Assembly (NCBI GenBank): GCA_964370995.1
Contig: CAYJMZ010000001.1
Span: 1-28,014 of the forward strand
Length of the DNA stretch: 28,014 bases
Source of the DNA: an uncultured Fimbriimonadaceae bacterium
GTDB lineage: Bacteria; Armatimonadota; Fimbriimonadia; Fimbriimonadales; Fimbriimonadaceae
Direction of reading: 5' to 3'
The notes under the pieces were generated by a model. The model was not told where the DNA came from, did not search any database, and worked only from the letters and a program-made list of their open reading frames with translations. Shown one piece after another: positions 27,353 through 28,014 of this stretch. The position numbers and the translations under genes are program-made. Positions within the stretch are counted from its first letter, which is position 1. Every line of letters begins with the position of its first letter.

Positions 27353-28014
27353 TTAGAAGCCGGCCGTGAAGACCACGCGCATCACCTCTTGCGGGTCCGT
27401 GATGCCTGCCAAAACCTTGGCGAGGCCGTCCTCGCGCAACTCTTTCATGCCGTTGGCCTTGGCCGCCTCCTTGATATCGGCCAGTGGCGCACGACGCACG
27501 ACCAGTTCCGCGATCTCCGCGTTCATGACCATGAGCTCGTGGAAGCCGATGCGGCCGTGGTAGCCCGTCTCACGGCACGCCTCGCAACCTCTGCCGCGGT
27601 ACAGCGTGACCATCTCCTCGGGGTCCTGCACCTGGAAGCCGAACCGGCGCAGATCGATCGCGGGAACCTCGTAGGGCTCCTTGCACTCGGTACAGATGCG
27701 GCGCCCGAGACGCTGGGCGAGAATGCCGATGACCGTCGCCGAGATCAGGTACGGCTCGACGCCCATGTCGATCATGCGGATCGTGGCCGAAGGCGCATCG
27801 TTCGTGTGGAGCGTGGACAACACAAGGTGCCCCGTCAGCGACGACTCAATCGCGATTTCGGCGGTTTCAAGGTCGCGCATTTCGCCGACCATGATGATGT
27901 CGGGGTCTTGGCGAAGGAAGGAGCGAAGGGCGGTGGCGAACGTGAGGCCAGCCTTTCGGTTCGTCTGCACCTGCGAGATGCCGTTGAGCTGATACTCGAT
28001 CGGGTCCTCGATCG
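27353..28014 (-). CDS. pilB: Type IV pilus extension ATPase PilB (C-terminal part; 5' end outside the window)
   Basis: Frame is open to the edge: [40 protein letters not shown], and the Zn tetracysteine RICTEC...GCEAC. The ORF-track start at 27970 is an internal Val. Confidence 0.95.
   Translation of the reverse strand, partial: IEDPIEYQLNGISQVQTNRKAGLTFATALRSFLRQDPDIIMVGEMRDLETAEIAIESSLTGHLVLSTLHTNDAPSATIRMIDMGVEPYLISATVIGILAQRLGRRICTECKEPYEVPAIDLRRFGFQVQDPEEMVTLYRGRGCEACRETGYHGRIGFHELMVMNAEIAELVVRRAPLADIKEAAKANGMKELREDGLAKVLAGITDPQEVMRVVFTAGF

Noticed and set aside
1-28014. Type II secretion system, competence pilus, CRISPR, RNA genes or mobile elements
   Set aside because: PilT plus PilM/N/O/P indicate T4aP rather than T2SS. 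No comEA/comEC is seen. No spaced repeats, tRNA/rRNA patterns, transposase or integrase motifs are evident.

Overview
The whole 28 kb window is one co-oriented (minus-strand) type IVa pilus-like locus from a high-GC (roughly two-thirds by eye), probably diderm bacterium. An Armatimonadota/Fimbriimonadia origin is my impression only. In transcription order (right to left): pilB (5'-truncated by the window), pilT, pilC, pilD, a ~290-aa pilin, three very large minor pilins (PilV-like 626 aa, PilW-like 720 aa, PilX-like 1005 aa), two giant secreted beta-propeller proteins in the pilY1 position (1578 and 2188 aa), a ~240-bp spacer with a good sigma70-type promoter, then pilM, pilN, pilO-like, pilP-like and a secretin N-terminal (PilQ-position) gene. 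That last gene runs off the left edge and is absent from the ORF track. The core machine is conventional. The striking part is the ~18 kb, apparently translationally coupled priming/tip module (~6,100 aa in five proteins). It carries carbohydrate-binding-like domains, Ca-binding-type loops and a short motif shared between subunits. I found no RNA genes, CRISPR arrays or mobile elements. The long plus-strand ORFs are antisense shadows.
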